A stretch of DNA of 64,000 bases from positions 118,980-182,979 of the forward strand of contig NZ_JABGDE010000013.1 in the NCBI RefSeq assembly GCF_041028325.1, in the 5' to 3' direction. Positions 30,729-39,974 of this stretch are shown one piece after another. A model generated the notes under the pieces. The model was not told the DNA's origin, searched no databases, and saw only the letters and a program-made list of their open reading frames with translations. How positions within the stretch are numbered: the first letter of the stretch is position 1; the number at the start of each line of letters is the position of its first letter. Source of the stretch: Modestobacter sp. I12A-02662. GTDB taxonomy: Bacteria; Actinomycetota; Actinomycetes; Mycobacteriales; Geodermatophilaceae. The position numbers and the translations under genes are program-made.

Positions 30729-31537
30729 TGGACCGGCGCCCGCTCGCCACCTTCTGGCTGCTGGCGTTCGGGCTGACCTGGGCGGTGTGGGTGCCGCGCG
30801 CGCTGACCGGCGGCGACCCTGGCCCGTGGGGTCCGCTGTCGACCTACGGCCCGGCGCTGGGCGCCGTGCTCGCCGCGGTCCTCACCGGCGGCCGGCCCGC
30901 CCTCGCCGCGCTCGGCCGCCGGCTGATCCGCTGGCGGGTGGGCCGGTGGTGGGCCGTGGTGCTGCTCGGTCCGGCCGCCCTCTGGCTGGTCACCGTCGCA
31001 CTGACCGTGGCGGTCGGGGGCCGCCCGGGCGACGCGACGCCGCTCGCCGGGACGACCGGTCCGGCCGGCGTCCTGGTCCTGCTGCTGGGGCTGGCCCTGA
31101 CCGACGGCCTCGGTGAGGAGACCGGCTGGCGTGGCTCCGCCCTCCCCACCCTGCTGCGGCGGACCGGGCCGGTCGCGGCCTCGCTGGTGCTCGGGCTGGC
31201 GTGGGCGCTGTGGCACGCCCCGTTGGCCCGGACCGACGGCGCGGTGCTGGAGGGGACGGCGATCTGGCTGCTGCTGGTGCAGCTGCCGGCACTCGCCGTC
31301 CTGCACACCTGGGTGTTCCTCGGCACCGGCGGCAGCGCCCTGACCGCGGTCGCGCTGCACGCGACGACCAGCCTGTTCGCCGTGCCGCTGCCCGGCGACG
31401 GCAGCCCGTGGCCGCCGTACCTGGTGCAGCTCGGCGTGCAGGTGGCCGCGGCGCTCGCCGTGGTCGCCGGCTGGCGGCGCGCGCCGACGGCGGCCGGTGC
31501 GGGGCAGCGCCACGATGCCCGAGACTGGGCGGTGTGA
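30728..31537 (+). CDS. CPBP-family intramembrane metalloprotease (CAAX protease / Abi-like)
   Basis: multi-TM protein with E-E...R and H...H motifs (EETGWRG.., LWHAP..), start overlaps the upstream stop (ATGA). Confidence 0.7.
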   Translation: MDRRPLATFWLLAFGLTWAVWVPRALTGGDPGPWGPLSTYGPALGAVLAAVLTGGRPALAALGRRLIRWRVGRWWAVVLLGPAALWLVTVALTVAVGGRPGDATPLAGTTGPAGVLVLLLGLALTDGLGEETGWRGSALPTLLRRTGPVAASLVLGLAWALWHAPLARTDGAVLEGTAIWLLLVQLPALAVLHTWVFLGTGGSALTAVALHATTSLFAVPLPGDGSPWPPYLVQLGVQVAAALAVVAGWRRAPTAAGAGQRHDARDWAV

Positions 31538-32235
31538 CCGGCGGCGAGGCACCCTTCCGCGAGGAGCTCGGCCGGGCACCGGGCGCGTACGGCGAGGTGC
31601 TGCTGCGCCGGCGCGCCGCTGACGACGGCGAGCACCTCGAGCTCGTCGTCGACGGGGTGTTCGCCATGGACGACGTCGACACCGCCACCGAGCGGGCGCT
31701 GGCCACCGAGGCGCTGCGCCGGTGCCGGGGGCAGGGCCTGACCGTCCTGGTCGGCGGGCTCGGCCTGGGCTGCACGGCGGCCGCCGCGCTCGCCGACCCC
31801 CGGGTGGCCGCGGTGGAGGTCGTGGAGGTGCAGCCGCCGCTCGTCGACTGGGCGCGGGAGGGGCTGCTGCCGGCGCTGCCGGTCGCGGACCCCCGGCTGC
31901 GGCTGCGCGTCGGGGACGTCGCGGCCCACCTGTCCGGCACCCGCGCCCGCTACGACGCCGTCCTGCTCGACGTCGACAACGGGCCGGTGTTCCTCGTGCA
32001 CCCGGCCAACGCCGGCCTGTACGAGGAGCCCGGCCTGGCGGCGGCGCTCGGCGCGCTGCGCCCGGGCGGGATGCTCGCCATCTGGTCCAGCGCGCCGGTG
32101 CCGGAGCTCGCCGGCCGGCTCGCCGGCCGGTCCGGAGCCGCGGACGTCGAGCACGTCGTGCTGGCGGTGGAGCGGGACGGCCGCCGCCACGAGTACGCGC
32201 TCGTCCTCGGCCGGAGGGCGGCTCAGGCCTCCTGA
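31534..32235 (+). CDS. spermidine/spermine-synthase-family (class I methyltransferase-like) protein
   Basis: GTG start overlapping the CPBP stop (GTGA); LVGGLGLGCTAAA..DAVLLDVDNGP motifs of the PF01564-like family. Confidence 0.6.
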   Translation: MTGGEAPFREELGRAPGAYGEVLLRRRAADDGEHLELVVDGVFAMDDVDTATERALATEALRRCRGQGLTVLVGGLGLGCTAAAALADPRVAAVEVVEVQPPLVDWAREGLLPALPVADPRLRLRVGDVAAHLSGTRARYDAVLLDVDNGPVFLVHPANAGLYEEPGLAAALGALRPGGMLAIWSSAPVPELAGRLAGRSGAADVEHVVLAVERDGRRHEYALVLGRRAAQAS

Positions 32236-33581
32236 CGCGGGTGCGCGTACGCCGACCGGGAGCGCAGGCGCGCGGTGACCGCGGTGGTCAGCGGGGCCAG
32301 CACCACGCCGTCCTGCGCCATCCGGGCCCGCAGCTGGCGGCGGTGCCGGACCACACCGAACAGCCCCAGCGCCCAGAACACGTACTGCACCGCGAACGCG
32401 GCCCGGAAGGCGTCCAGCGAGTAGGCGGTGGAGCTGCCCGGGGTGAGCGCGTCGAGCACGAACCCGATCGCCAGCACGGTGCACAGCGAGGCGACGAACC
32501 CGCCGACGTTGACCACGCCGCTGGCGCTGCCCGAGCGCTCGGCCGGGTTCCAGGTCCGGGCGAAGTCGAAGCCGATCATCGAGCCCGGCCCGTTGGTGCC
32601 GAGGACGACCACGAGCAGGACGAGCAGCCACAGCGGCGCCCGCCCCGGCCACAGCAGGACCGCCGTCCACACCGCCGCGGTCACGGCGAGGATGCCGAAC
32701 ACGAGGTTGGACCGGCGCAGCGGCCACTGGGCGCACAGCCGGCCCACCAGCGGCCCGAACCCCATGCCGACGACCACCAGCAGGCTGAGCAGCGTCGCGG
32801 CGGCACCGGCGGAGAGGCCCTGGCCGGTGGTCAGGAACGGATAGCCCCACAGCAGGGCGAAGACGGTGCCGGAGAACTGGGTGACCAGGTGGGTGGCCAG
32901 CCCCATCCGGGTGCCCGGCTCGGCCCAGGTGGCGGCCAGGTTGCGCCGCACCTCGGCCATCGTCGAGGGCGGGGCGAGCTGCGTGCCGGGCGGGGTGTCG
33001 CGCAGGGCGACCAGGACCAGCACGCCCACGAGCACGCCGACCGCCGCCGCGCCGAGGAAGGTCGGCGTCCAGGACGCGGTGTGCAGCAGGGCGACGAGCG
33101 GGTACGCCGCGATGATCTGCCCGACCTGGCCGAGGATGCCTGTCAGCTGGGTGATCAGCGGGACGGTGCGGCCGGGGAACCACAGCGGCACCAGCCGGAG
33201 CACGCTGATGAAGGTCATCGCGTCGCCGGCGCCGACCAGCACGCGGGCCACGACGGCGGTGGGCACGTCGCTCGCCAGAGCGAGGACCAGCTGCCCGGCG
33301 GCCATCGTCAGCGCTCCGGCGACGATCATCCTGCGCGAGCCGAACCGGTCCAGCGCGACCCCGACCGGCACCTGCAGGCTCGCGTAGACGGCCAGTTGCA
33401 GCACGAGGAACAGCGAGATCGCCGACGCCCCGGCGGAGAAGCGGTCCTGCGCCTCGACCCCGGCGACGCCGAGGGAGGCGCGGTGGAAGACCGCGACCCC
33501 GTACGCGAGGAGACCGACCACCCAGACGGCCCAGGCGCGGGCGGGCACACGGATGGCGGTGGTCGGGGACGTCACGTCCAC
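32223..33581 (-). CDS. MFS transporter
   Basis: 452 aa, 12-14 TM segments; MFS loop motif (LDRFGSRRM). Confidence 0.8.
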   Translation of the reverse strand: MDVTSPTTAIRVPARAWAVWVVGLLAYGVAVFHRASLGVAGVEAQDRFSAGASAISLFLVLQLAVYASLQVPVGVALDRFGSRRMIVAGALTMAAGQLVLALASDVPTAVVARVLVGAGDAMTFISVLRLVPLWFPGRTVPLITQLTGILGQVGQIIAAYPLVALLHTASWTPTFLGAAAVGVLVGVLVLVALRDTPPGTQLAPPSTMAEVRRNLAATWAEPGTRMGLATHLVTQFSGTVFALLWGYPFLTTGQGLSAGAAATLLSLLVVVGMGFGPLVGRLCAQWPLRRSNLVFGILAVTAAVWTAVLLWPGRAPLWLLVLLVVVLGTNGPGSMIGFDFARTWNPAERSGSASGVVNVGGFVASLCTVLAIGFVLDALTPGSSTAYSLDAFRAAFAVQYVFWALGLFGVVRHRRQLRARMAQDGVVLAPLTTAVTARLRSRSAYAHPRQEA

Positions 33582-33639
33582 CTGGGAACGCCGTTCCGGT
33601 CCGGGCTGTTCCGCGGCCGGTCGTGACCGCCCGCACAGG

Positions 33640-34950
33640 TCAGCCCGCGAGCACCGCCCAGCCGTGGGCCGGCAGCCGGACCGACCGGCCGGAGCGCACC
33701 TCTCCTCCGCCGGCCCGCAGCTCGCCCGCCCCCGGGGCCGGCAGCTCGGCCGGCGCGTCGTCCAGGTTGAGCGCGACGACCAGCCGTCCGCCCTCGGCGG
33801 CGGTGGCGTAGCTCAGCTGCCGGTTGGCCAGGTGCAGCGGGGTGGTGCGGGCCCCGTGCAGCCAGCGGTGCCGACGGCGCAGCCCGATGAGCTCCTGGTG
33901 CAGCTTCTGGGTGGGCGCGCCGTGGGGCGCCAGCTCGCCGGGCGTGGCCGGGAAGGGCGGGCGGACGGCGTCGTCCCCGCCGGCCCGGTCCTCCTTGACG
34001 CCGGTGAACGCCTGCTCGTCGCCGGCGTAGACCGACGGGGTCCCGCCGACGGTGAACAGCACGGCCAGCGCGTGCGGCAGGTGCCGGACGTCGGTGAGCC
34101 GGCTGGCGATCCGGGTGACGTCGTGGTTGCCGACGAACGTCAGCGGCGCGAAGACGTCGAGGAACCCGTCGTGCCGCCCCAGCGCGTGCGCGAGCTCGTG
34201 CAGGTTCCCGTCGTTGAGCGAGCTCCAGATCGCCTTCCACAGCTCGTACTGGGTGACGGCGTCCATGCCGGACCCGGTGACGATCCGTGCGTAGTCGCCG
34301 TGGATCACCTCGCCGACCACGTAGGCGTCGGGGTGCGCCGCCCGGACCCGCGGCAGCACGGTCGCCCAGAACGCCGGGGGGACGGCGTAGGCGGCGTCCA
34401 GCCGCCAGCCGTCCGCGCCGCGGTCCAGCCAGGAGGTCATCACCCGGGTGACCAGGTCGGCCACATCCGGCGACCCGTGGTCCAGGGCGACCAGCTGGCC
34501 GTGCCCCTCGAAGGTGTCGTAGTCCGGCTCGCTGCCCGGCCCGCCCGGCCAGCGCAGCCGGAACCAGCCCGCGGTGGGCGCCTCCGGCCCCTGCTCCAGC
34601 ACGGCGCGGAACGCCGGGTGGCCGCGGCCGACGTGGTTGAACACCCCGTCGAGCAGCACTCGGATGCCCCGCCGGTGGCAGGCGTCCACGAGCGCGTCGA
34701 AGTCCGCGTCGTCACCGAGCCGCGGGTCGATGCGGAAGTGGTCCTCGGTGTCGTAGCCGTGCGTGCCGCTGGCGAAGACCGGGCCGAGGGCCAGGCCGTT
34801 CGCGCCGAGCTCGAGGACGTGGTCCAGCCAGTCGAGCAGCTGCGGCAGCCGGTGCCGGACGTCGCCGTCCGGCGGGCGCTCCCGTTCGGCTCCCACGAAG
34901 CCGAGGGGGTACACCTGCCACCACACCGCGTCCTGCACCCAGTTCGGCAT
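33640..34950 (-). CDS. glycoside hydrolase family 13 (alpha-amylase family) enzyme
   Basis: GH13 conserved regions (DGVFNHV, GWRLDAAYAVP, VVGEVIHGDY, FVGNHDVTRIAS). Confidence 0.8.
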   Translation of the reverse strand: MPNWVQDAVWWQVYPLGFVGAERERPPDGDVRHRLPQLLDWLDHVLELGANGLALGPVFASGTHGYDTEDHFRIDPRLGDDADFDALVDACHRRGIRVLLDGVFNHVGRGHPAFRAVLEQGPEAPTAGWFRLRWPGGPGSEPDYDTFEGHGQLVALDHGSPDVADLVTRVMTSWLDRGADGWRLDAAYAVPPAFWATVLPRVRAAHPDAYVVGEVIHGDYARIVTGSGMDAVTQYELWKAIWSSLNDGNLHELAHALGRHDGFLDVFAPLTFVGNHDVTRIASRLTDVRHLPHALAVLFTVGGTPSVYAGDEQAFTGVKEDRAGGDDAVRPPFPATPGELAPHGAPTQKLHQELIGLRRRHRWLHGARTTPLHLANRQLSYATAAEGGRLVVALNLDDAPAELPAPGAGELRAGGGEVRSGRSVRLPAHGWAVLAG

Positions 34951-35022
34951 CGCCGCTCCGTTCCCCGCACCTGGAGCGGTCACACCGTGAGGTGCGACGC
35001 ACGGCGGTGGCAGCCCACCCAG

Positions 35023-38000
35023 TCAGGCCACGGGCACCGGCTCGGGCGCCGGGCGCGCGCTGGAGGCCGGGGCCCGGTGCCGCCGGTGTGCCCGCCGGCG
35101 CCCCCGCCGCTCCCGCCGGCTCTCCAGCGAGGTGTAGAGCACCGGCACCAGCAGGAGGGTGAGCAGGGTCGAGCTGATCAGCCCGCCGATCACCACCAGC
35201 GCCAGCGGCTGGCTGATGAACACCCCGCCCCCGGTGAGCCCGAACGCCATCGGGGTGAGCGCCAGCACGGTGGCCGCCGCGGTCATGACGATCGGCCGCA
35301 GCCGCTTGCGCGCGCCCTCGGTGACCGCCTCGGCCAGCGGCCGGCCGCGCTCGCGGTACTGGTTCACCAGGTCGATGAGCACGATCGCGTTGGTCACCAC
35401 GATGCCGATCAGCATCAGCACGCCGATCAGCGCGGGGACGCCGAGCGGGGTCCCGGTGGCCAGCAGCATGAGCAGCGCCCCGGTCGCGGCGAACGGCACC
35501 GACACCAGCAGGATCAGCGGCTGGGCCAGGCTGCGGAAGGTCGCCACCATGACCAGGTAGACGATCACGATCGCGATGAGCAGGGCCAGGCCCAGGTCGG
35601 CGAAGGCGTCGCCCTGGTCCTCGGCGACACCGCCGATCGAGACGTCGACGCCGGTGGGGAGGTCCAGCCCGTCGACGGCGGCCTGCAGCTCGGCGGTCAG
35701 CGTCCCGAGGTCGGCGTCGCCGGGGGTGACCGCGACGGTGGCGCTGCGCTCGCCGTCGACCCGGCTCGCCGACGTCGGCGTCTGGACCTGCTCCACCGCG
35801 GCGACCCGGGCCAGGGGCACCCCGCCGTTCGCGGTGGGCAGCACGACGGCGCGCAGCTGCTCGACCGACTGCAGCTGCTGGGCGGGCTGCAGGAAGACCG
35901 GGGTGGCGACGTCGTCGACGTCGATCGAGCCGAGCGGCACCGCGCTGGTCAGCCCCGCCAGCGCTCGCGTCACCTCGGCCGCGGTGAGCCCGACCGCCGC
36001 GGCCGCGTCCGGATCGACGGTCACCTGCACCACCGGCAGCGCCGCGGACAGGTCGTTGGTGACGTCGTCGGCCCCGGGGACCCCGCCGACCGCCCGCTGC
36101 ACCTGCTCCGCGGCCCCGGCGAGCAGGTCGGGGTCGTCGCTCCGCACCAGCACGTCGACGGTGGAGCTGCCGAAACCGGAGCCGGCCGTGGCCACGGTGA
36201 CGTCCCCGACGTCCGCCAGGCCGTCGGCCAGCGACCGGATCTCCTCCCGGGCGGCCTCCGGGTCGGTGTCCTCGGCCAGGGTCAGCGAGAACGTCGCCGT
36301 CGGCGTGCCCCCGCCGCCGGCGAAGGCGGCGAAGCCGCCGGCCGAGCCGACGCTGGTCTGCACGGTCCGCACGCCGTCGACGCCCCCCAGCGCCTCCTCC
36401 AGCGTGCGGGCGCGCGCGTCCTGGGCCGCCAGGCTGGTGCCGGCCGGGTACTCGGCGGTGACGGTGAGGGTGTCCTGCCCCGAGTCGCCGATGAAGTTCG
36501 TCTGCAGCAGCGGGGTCAGCGCGAGCGTGCCGACCAGGACGGCGAGGGCACCGGCCACCGTCCAGCGCCGGTGGGCCAGGGTGCCCCGCAGCGCGGGCAG
36601 GTAGACGCGCTGCAGCCAGGTGCGCCGCTCGGCCGCCTCGGCCGCCTCCCGCTCCCGGGCCAGCTCGGCCGGGTCCCGCTGGCCGTCGGGCGCCTTGAGG
36701 AAGACCGAGGCGATCGCCGGCACGATGGTCAGCGACACCACCAGCGAAGCGAGCATGGCGATGGCCACGGTCAGCGCGAACGGCCGGAACAGCTCCCCCA
36801 CCAGCCCGCCCACGAGGGCGATCGGCAGGAACACGGCCACGGTGGTGAGCGTGGAGGCGGTGACCGCGCCGGCGACCTCCCGGACGGCCCCGACGATCGC
36901 CGTCGTCCGCCCCTCGCCGTAGGACAGGTGCCGCTTGATGTTCTCGATGACCACGATCGAGTCGTCGACCACCCGGCCGATCGCCACCGTCATCGCGCCG
37001 AGGGTGAGGATGTTGAGCGAGAAGCCGGCCACCTGCAGGCCGACGAACGTGACGCACAGCGACACCGGGATCGACACGGCCGACACCAGCGTCGAGCGCA
37101 CCGAGGCGAGGAAGACCAGGATCACCACCAGGGCGAACAGCAGGCCCAGCCCGCCCTCGGTGGCCAGCCCGCTGATCGACTCCTCGATGAAGGGCGCCTG
37201 GTCGAAGACGACGGTCACCGTGCTGCCCCCGCCCAGCGCCCCGCGGACCTGCGGGAGCAGGTCGGTCACGCCGGAGCTGATGTCGACGGTGTTGCCGTCC
37301 GGGGTCTTGGTGAGCCCGACCGACAGCGCCGGCTGGCCGTCGACCCGGGAGTAGGAGGTGGCCGGGGCCTCGCCCAGCTCGACGGTGGCGACCGAACCGA
37401 GCGTGGTGACCGCGCCGCGGGCACCGGTCAGCGGGACCGCGCGCAGGTCCTCCACCGAGGTCAGCCGGGAGCCGGCCTGCACCGGGAGGGTCTGCTCGCC
37501 GGAGGTGAGCGTCCCGGCGGGCAGCACGATGCCGTTGCCCTGCAGCACGGTGGTGACCGCGGCGGGCGACACCCCGGTCGCGGCCAGCGCCGCCGGGTCG
37601 AGCGTGATCGTGATCCGGGGGGCGCTGGCGCCGGTGACGGTCACGTCGCGGACGCCGTCGATGCCCTCGAACAGCGGGACGACGCCGCTGTCGATCCGGT
37701 CGGCGAGCGTCGCGGCGTCGCCCGGTGCCGCGACCGCGAGCTGCACCACCGGCAGGTCGGCGAGCGAACCGGCGAGGACCTCGGGCTCCACGCCCTCGGG
37801 CAGCTGGCCGGCGACCCGGCTGATCGCGGTCTGCAGCGAGCCGGTGGCCCGGTCGAGGTCGGTGCCGTACTCCAGCTCCACGGTGACCGTCGCCAGCCCG
37901 GTGCTGGCGGTCGAGGTGGTGGACAGGACGCCGTCCACGGTGGCGACCGCCTGCTCCAGCGGCTCCACGACCTGCCGCTCCACGACGTCCGGCGAGGCGC

Positions 38001-38160
38001 CGGGCTGGGTGGCGACCACCGCCGCCGCGGGGATCTCCAGCGAGGGGATCAGCTCCTGCTTCAGCGAGATCGCCGACACCAGGCCGAACACCAGGACCGC
38101 GATCGTGGCCAGCGCGACGAGGGCGCGGTTGCGCAGGGACAGGACGGCGAGACGGGACAC
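35023..38160 (-). CDS. RND-superfamily efflux transporter permease (AcrB/HAE-type)
   Basis: 1045 aa; AcrB-like N-terminus (LSLRNRALVALATIAVLVFG..ELIPSLEIP) and internal duplication. Confidence 0.85.
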   Translation of the reverse strand: MSRLAVLSLRNRALVALATIAVLVFGLVSAISLKQELIPSLEIPAAAVVATQPGASPDVVERQVVEPLEQAVATVDGVLSTTSTASTGLATVTVELEYGTDLDRATGSLQTAISRVAGQLPEGVEPEVLAGSLADLPVVQLAVAAPGDAATLADRIDSGVVPLFEGIDGVRDVTVTGASAPRITITLDPAALAATGVSPAAVTTVLQGNGIVLPAGTLTSGEQTLPVQAGSRLTSVEDLRAVPLTGARGAVTTLGSVATVELGEAPATSYSRVDGQPALSVGLTKTPDGNTVDISSGVTDLLPQVRGALGGGSTVTVVFDQAPFIEESISGLATEGGLGLLFALVVILVFLASVRSTLVSAVSIPVSLCVTFVGLQVAGFSLNILTLGAMTVAIGRVVDDSIVVIENIKRHLSYGEGRTTAIVGAVREVAGAVTASTLTTVAVFLPIALVGGLVGELFRPFALTVAIAMLASLVVSLTIVPAIASVFLKAPDGQRDPAELAREREAAEAAERRTWLQRVYLPALRGTLAHRRWTVAGALAVLVGTLALTPLLQTNFIGDSGQDTLTVTAEYPAGTSLAAQDARARTLEEALGGVDGVRTVQTSVGSAGGFAAFAGGGGTPTATFSLTLAEDTDPEAAREEIRSLADGLADVGDVTVATAGSGFGSSTVDVLVRSDDPDLLAGAAEQVQRAVGGVPGADDVTNDLSAALPVVQVTVDPDAAAAVGLTAAEVTRALAGLTSAVPLGSIDVDDVATPVFLQPAQQLQSVEQLRAVVLPTANGGVPLARVAAVEQVQTPTSASRVDGERSATVAVTPGDADLGTLTAELQAAVDGLDLPTGVDVSIGGVAEDQGDAFADLGLALLIAIVIVYLVMVATFRSLAQPLILLVSVPFAATGALLMLLATGTPLGVPALIGVLMLIGIVVTNAIVLIDLVNQYRERGRPLAEAVTEGARKRLRPIVMTAAATVLALTPMAFGLTGGGVFISQPLALVVIGGLISSTLLTLLLVPVLYTSLESRRERRGRRRAHRRHRAPASSARPAPEPVPVA

Positions 38161-38191
38161 TCTTCCTCCACGGCCGGGCGGCCGGAGCCGA

Positions 38192-38216
38192 GGTACTTTG
38201 CTTGACGCAAAGTACC
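38192..38216. promoter_or_regulatory. perfect inverted repeat (10-5-10) in the RND/MarR divergent intergenic region; candidate MarR operator
   Basis: GGTACTTTGC-TTGAC-GCAAAGTACC; locally AT-richer than surroundings. Confidence 0.6.
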
Positions 38217-38249
38217 CGTCGGGAGTTGCGGTTCCCCGGAGGAGGCCCG

Positions 38250-38738
38250 ATGCCGGGAGGTGACGTCGTCGAGGACGGGCCCGACTCCTGGCGCGACCTG
38301 CCGGAGGAGGTCGCCGCCGTGCTCCGGCTCGGCGCCGAGATCGGCGCGCACGGCGTGCGCCGCCGGCTGGGCCCGCTGCTGGAGACCCCGCTCACCGTGC
38401 AGCAGCTGCGCTGCCTCACCGCCCTGGTCGCCGACGGCTCCGGCACGCCGGCGCACCTCAGCGAGCTGCTGCAGGTCTCCCCCGCGACGACGACCGGGAT
38501 CGTCGACCGGCTGGTGCGGGCCGGGATGGTGGACCGGGCACCGGACGCCCGGGACGGCCGCGGCCGGGTGCTCTCCCCGACCGCCGCCGGTCAGCGGGTG
38601 GTGCGCGAGCTGCTCGCCTCCGACGTGGAGACCGACGCCGCCGTCCTCGCCGGGCTCACCGCGGAGGAGCTGGCCGCCCTGCACACCGGGCTGGGTGGGG
38701 TGCTCCGGGTGCTGCGGTCCCGGGACCCTGCCCGCTGA
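38250..38738 (+). CDS. MarR-family transcriptional regulator
   Basis: winged HTH (LTVQQLRCLTAL..AHLSELLQVSPATTTGIVDRLVRAGMVDR); GGAGGAGG RBS. Confidence 0.75.
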   Translation: MPGGDVVEDGPDSWRDLPEEVAAVLRLGAEIGAHGVRRRLGPLLETPLTVQQLRCLTALVADGSGTPAHLSELLQVSPATTTGIVDRLVRAGMVDRAPDARDGRGRVLSPTAAGQRVVRELLASDVETDAAVLAGLTAEELAALHTGLGGVLRVLRSRDPAR

Positions 38739-38748
38739 CCCGGGCGCG

Positions 38749-39156
38749 TCAGCCGGGCTGCTGCTGCGCGAGCAGCGCGCCCATCTCGGGGAGGTCGAAG
38801 AACTGGGCGGTGGCGCGGGCGCTCGGCTGACCGGCGTCCGGATCGGCGCCCGCGGCGAGCAGCCGGCGCACCGTGTCGGCCGACTGCTTGAACACCGCGG
38901 CCGCGAGCGCGGTCTGCCCTCGGTCGTTCGCCCGGCCGTGGTCGGCTCCCCGGTCGAGCAGCGCCCCCACCGTCTCGGGATGGCCGTGGTAGGCGGCGAG
39001 GATGAGGAGGGTGTCGCCCTTCTCGTTGGTCAGGTTGGCGGGCACCCCGGCGTCGACGTAGGCGGCGAGCTCCTCGGTGACCCCCTCGCGGGCCAGGCCG
39101 AACACCCGCTGGGCCAGCTCCAGGACGCCCTGCTCGATCGGCTGCTGCTCGCTCAC
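38749..39156 (-). CDS. ankyrin-repeat protein
   Basis: ANK repeats (GDTLLILAAYHGHPETVGALLDRGAD, GQTALAAAVFKQSADTVRRLLAAGADPD); GTG start overlaps the upstream stop (GTGA). Confidence 0.65.
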   Translation of the reverse strand: MSEQQPIEQGVLELAQRVFGLAREGVTEELAAYVDAGVPANLTNEKGDTLLILAAYHGHPETVGALLDRGADHGRANDRGQTALAAAVFKQSADTVRRLLAAGADPDAGQPSARATAQFFDLPEMGALLAQQQPG

Positions 39157-39929
39157 GCAGGCGAGCGTACGTCCGGCGGGCCGGCGGAGACCCGGTCGGT
39201 GAGGGCCAGGACGTGCCGCCAGGCGTCCGCGCAGGCGTCGGCCCACTCGGCGGAGGCGCGGTCGAAGAACGAGTGCGGCGCACCCTCGTAGACGACGTCG
39301 TCGACGTCCGCCCCCGCGGCGCGCATGGTCGCGGCGAGCTGCAGCTGGTCGGCCACGGGCGTCGCCCGGTCGGCCCCGGCGATGATCATCACGACCGGCT
39401 TCGCGGCGTGCTGCGCGGCCTCCCCGACCACCCCCGGCTTCCCGTAGAAGCCGGCGCTGCCGGCGATGTCCAGCGCACCCGCCGACTGCCGCCAGGCGTG
39501 GCTGCCGCCGAGGCAGAAGCCGACGGTGACCACCGGCAGGACCGGGTCGGTGCGGGCGCGCAGGTACTCGATCGCCGCGGCGGTGTCGGCGTCGACGCCC
39601 TCGGGCGTGACCTGCGGGACGTGCGGTCTGTGGTCGAAGTCCGCCGTCCGGGTGCCGGTCTCGGCGAGCCCGGCGGTGCGGCCGAACCAGTCGATCGCGA
39701 CGGCGGCGAGCCCGGCCTCGGCGAACCGCTCGGTCAGGGCCACGTAGTAGGGGTGCAGCCCGCGGATGTCCGGGAGGACGACGACGCCGGCCCGGGCGGG
39801 CGCCGCGGGCGCGGCGTAGGCGGCGGAGAACTCGGTGCCGTCGGCGGCGGTCAGGGTCAGGGTGCCGCGCTCGGCGACGTCCCCCGTGCGCGGCGGGACG
39901 GGCGGGCGGCTGTCGTGGTCGTGGCACAT
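39153..39929 (-). CDS. dienelactone hydrolase-family alpha/beta hydrolase
   Basis: DLH-like nucleophile region (VGFCLGG), 258 aa. Confidence 0.75.
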   Translation of the reverse strand: MCHDHDSRPPVPPRTGDVAERGTLTLTAADGTEFSAAYAAPAAPARAGVVVLPDIRGLHPYYVALTERFAEAGLAAVAIDWFGRTAGLAETGTRTADFDHRPHVPQVTPEGVDADTAAAIEYLRARTDPVLPVVTVGFCLGGSHAWRQSAGALDIAGSAGFYGKPGVVGEAAQHAAKPVVMIIAGADRATPVADQLQLAATMRAAGADVDDVVYEGAPHSFFDRASAEWADACADAWRHVLALTDRVSAGPPDVRSPA

Positions 39930-39974
39930 GGCTGCGGTTCTACCGGGACCCTCCCGGACCCGCCCGCCGGACGG

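Noticed and set aside
33553-38446. 1550-aa plus-strand ORF and 1244-aa minus-strand ORF across the RND/GH13 region
   Set aside because: Antisense or out-of-frame shadows of the RND permease (35023..38160) and GH13 genes. Translations are Arg/Gly/Asp-rich low-complexity with no motifs.
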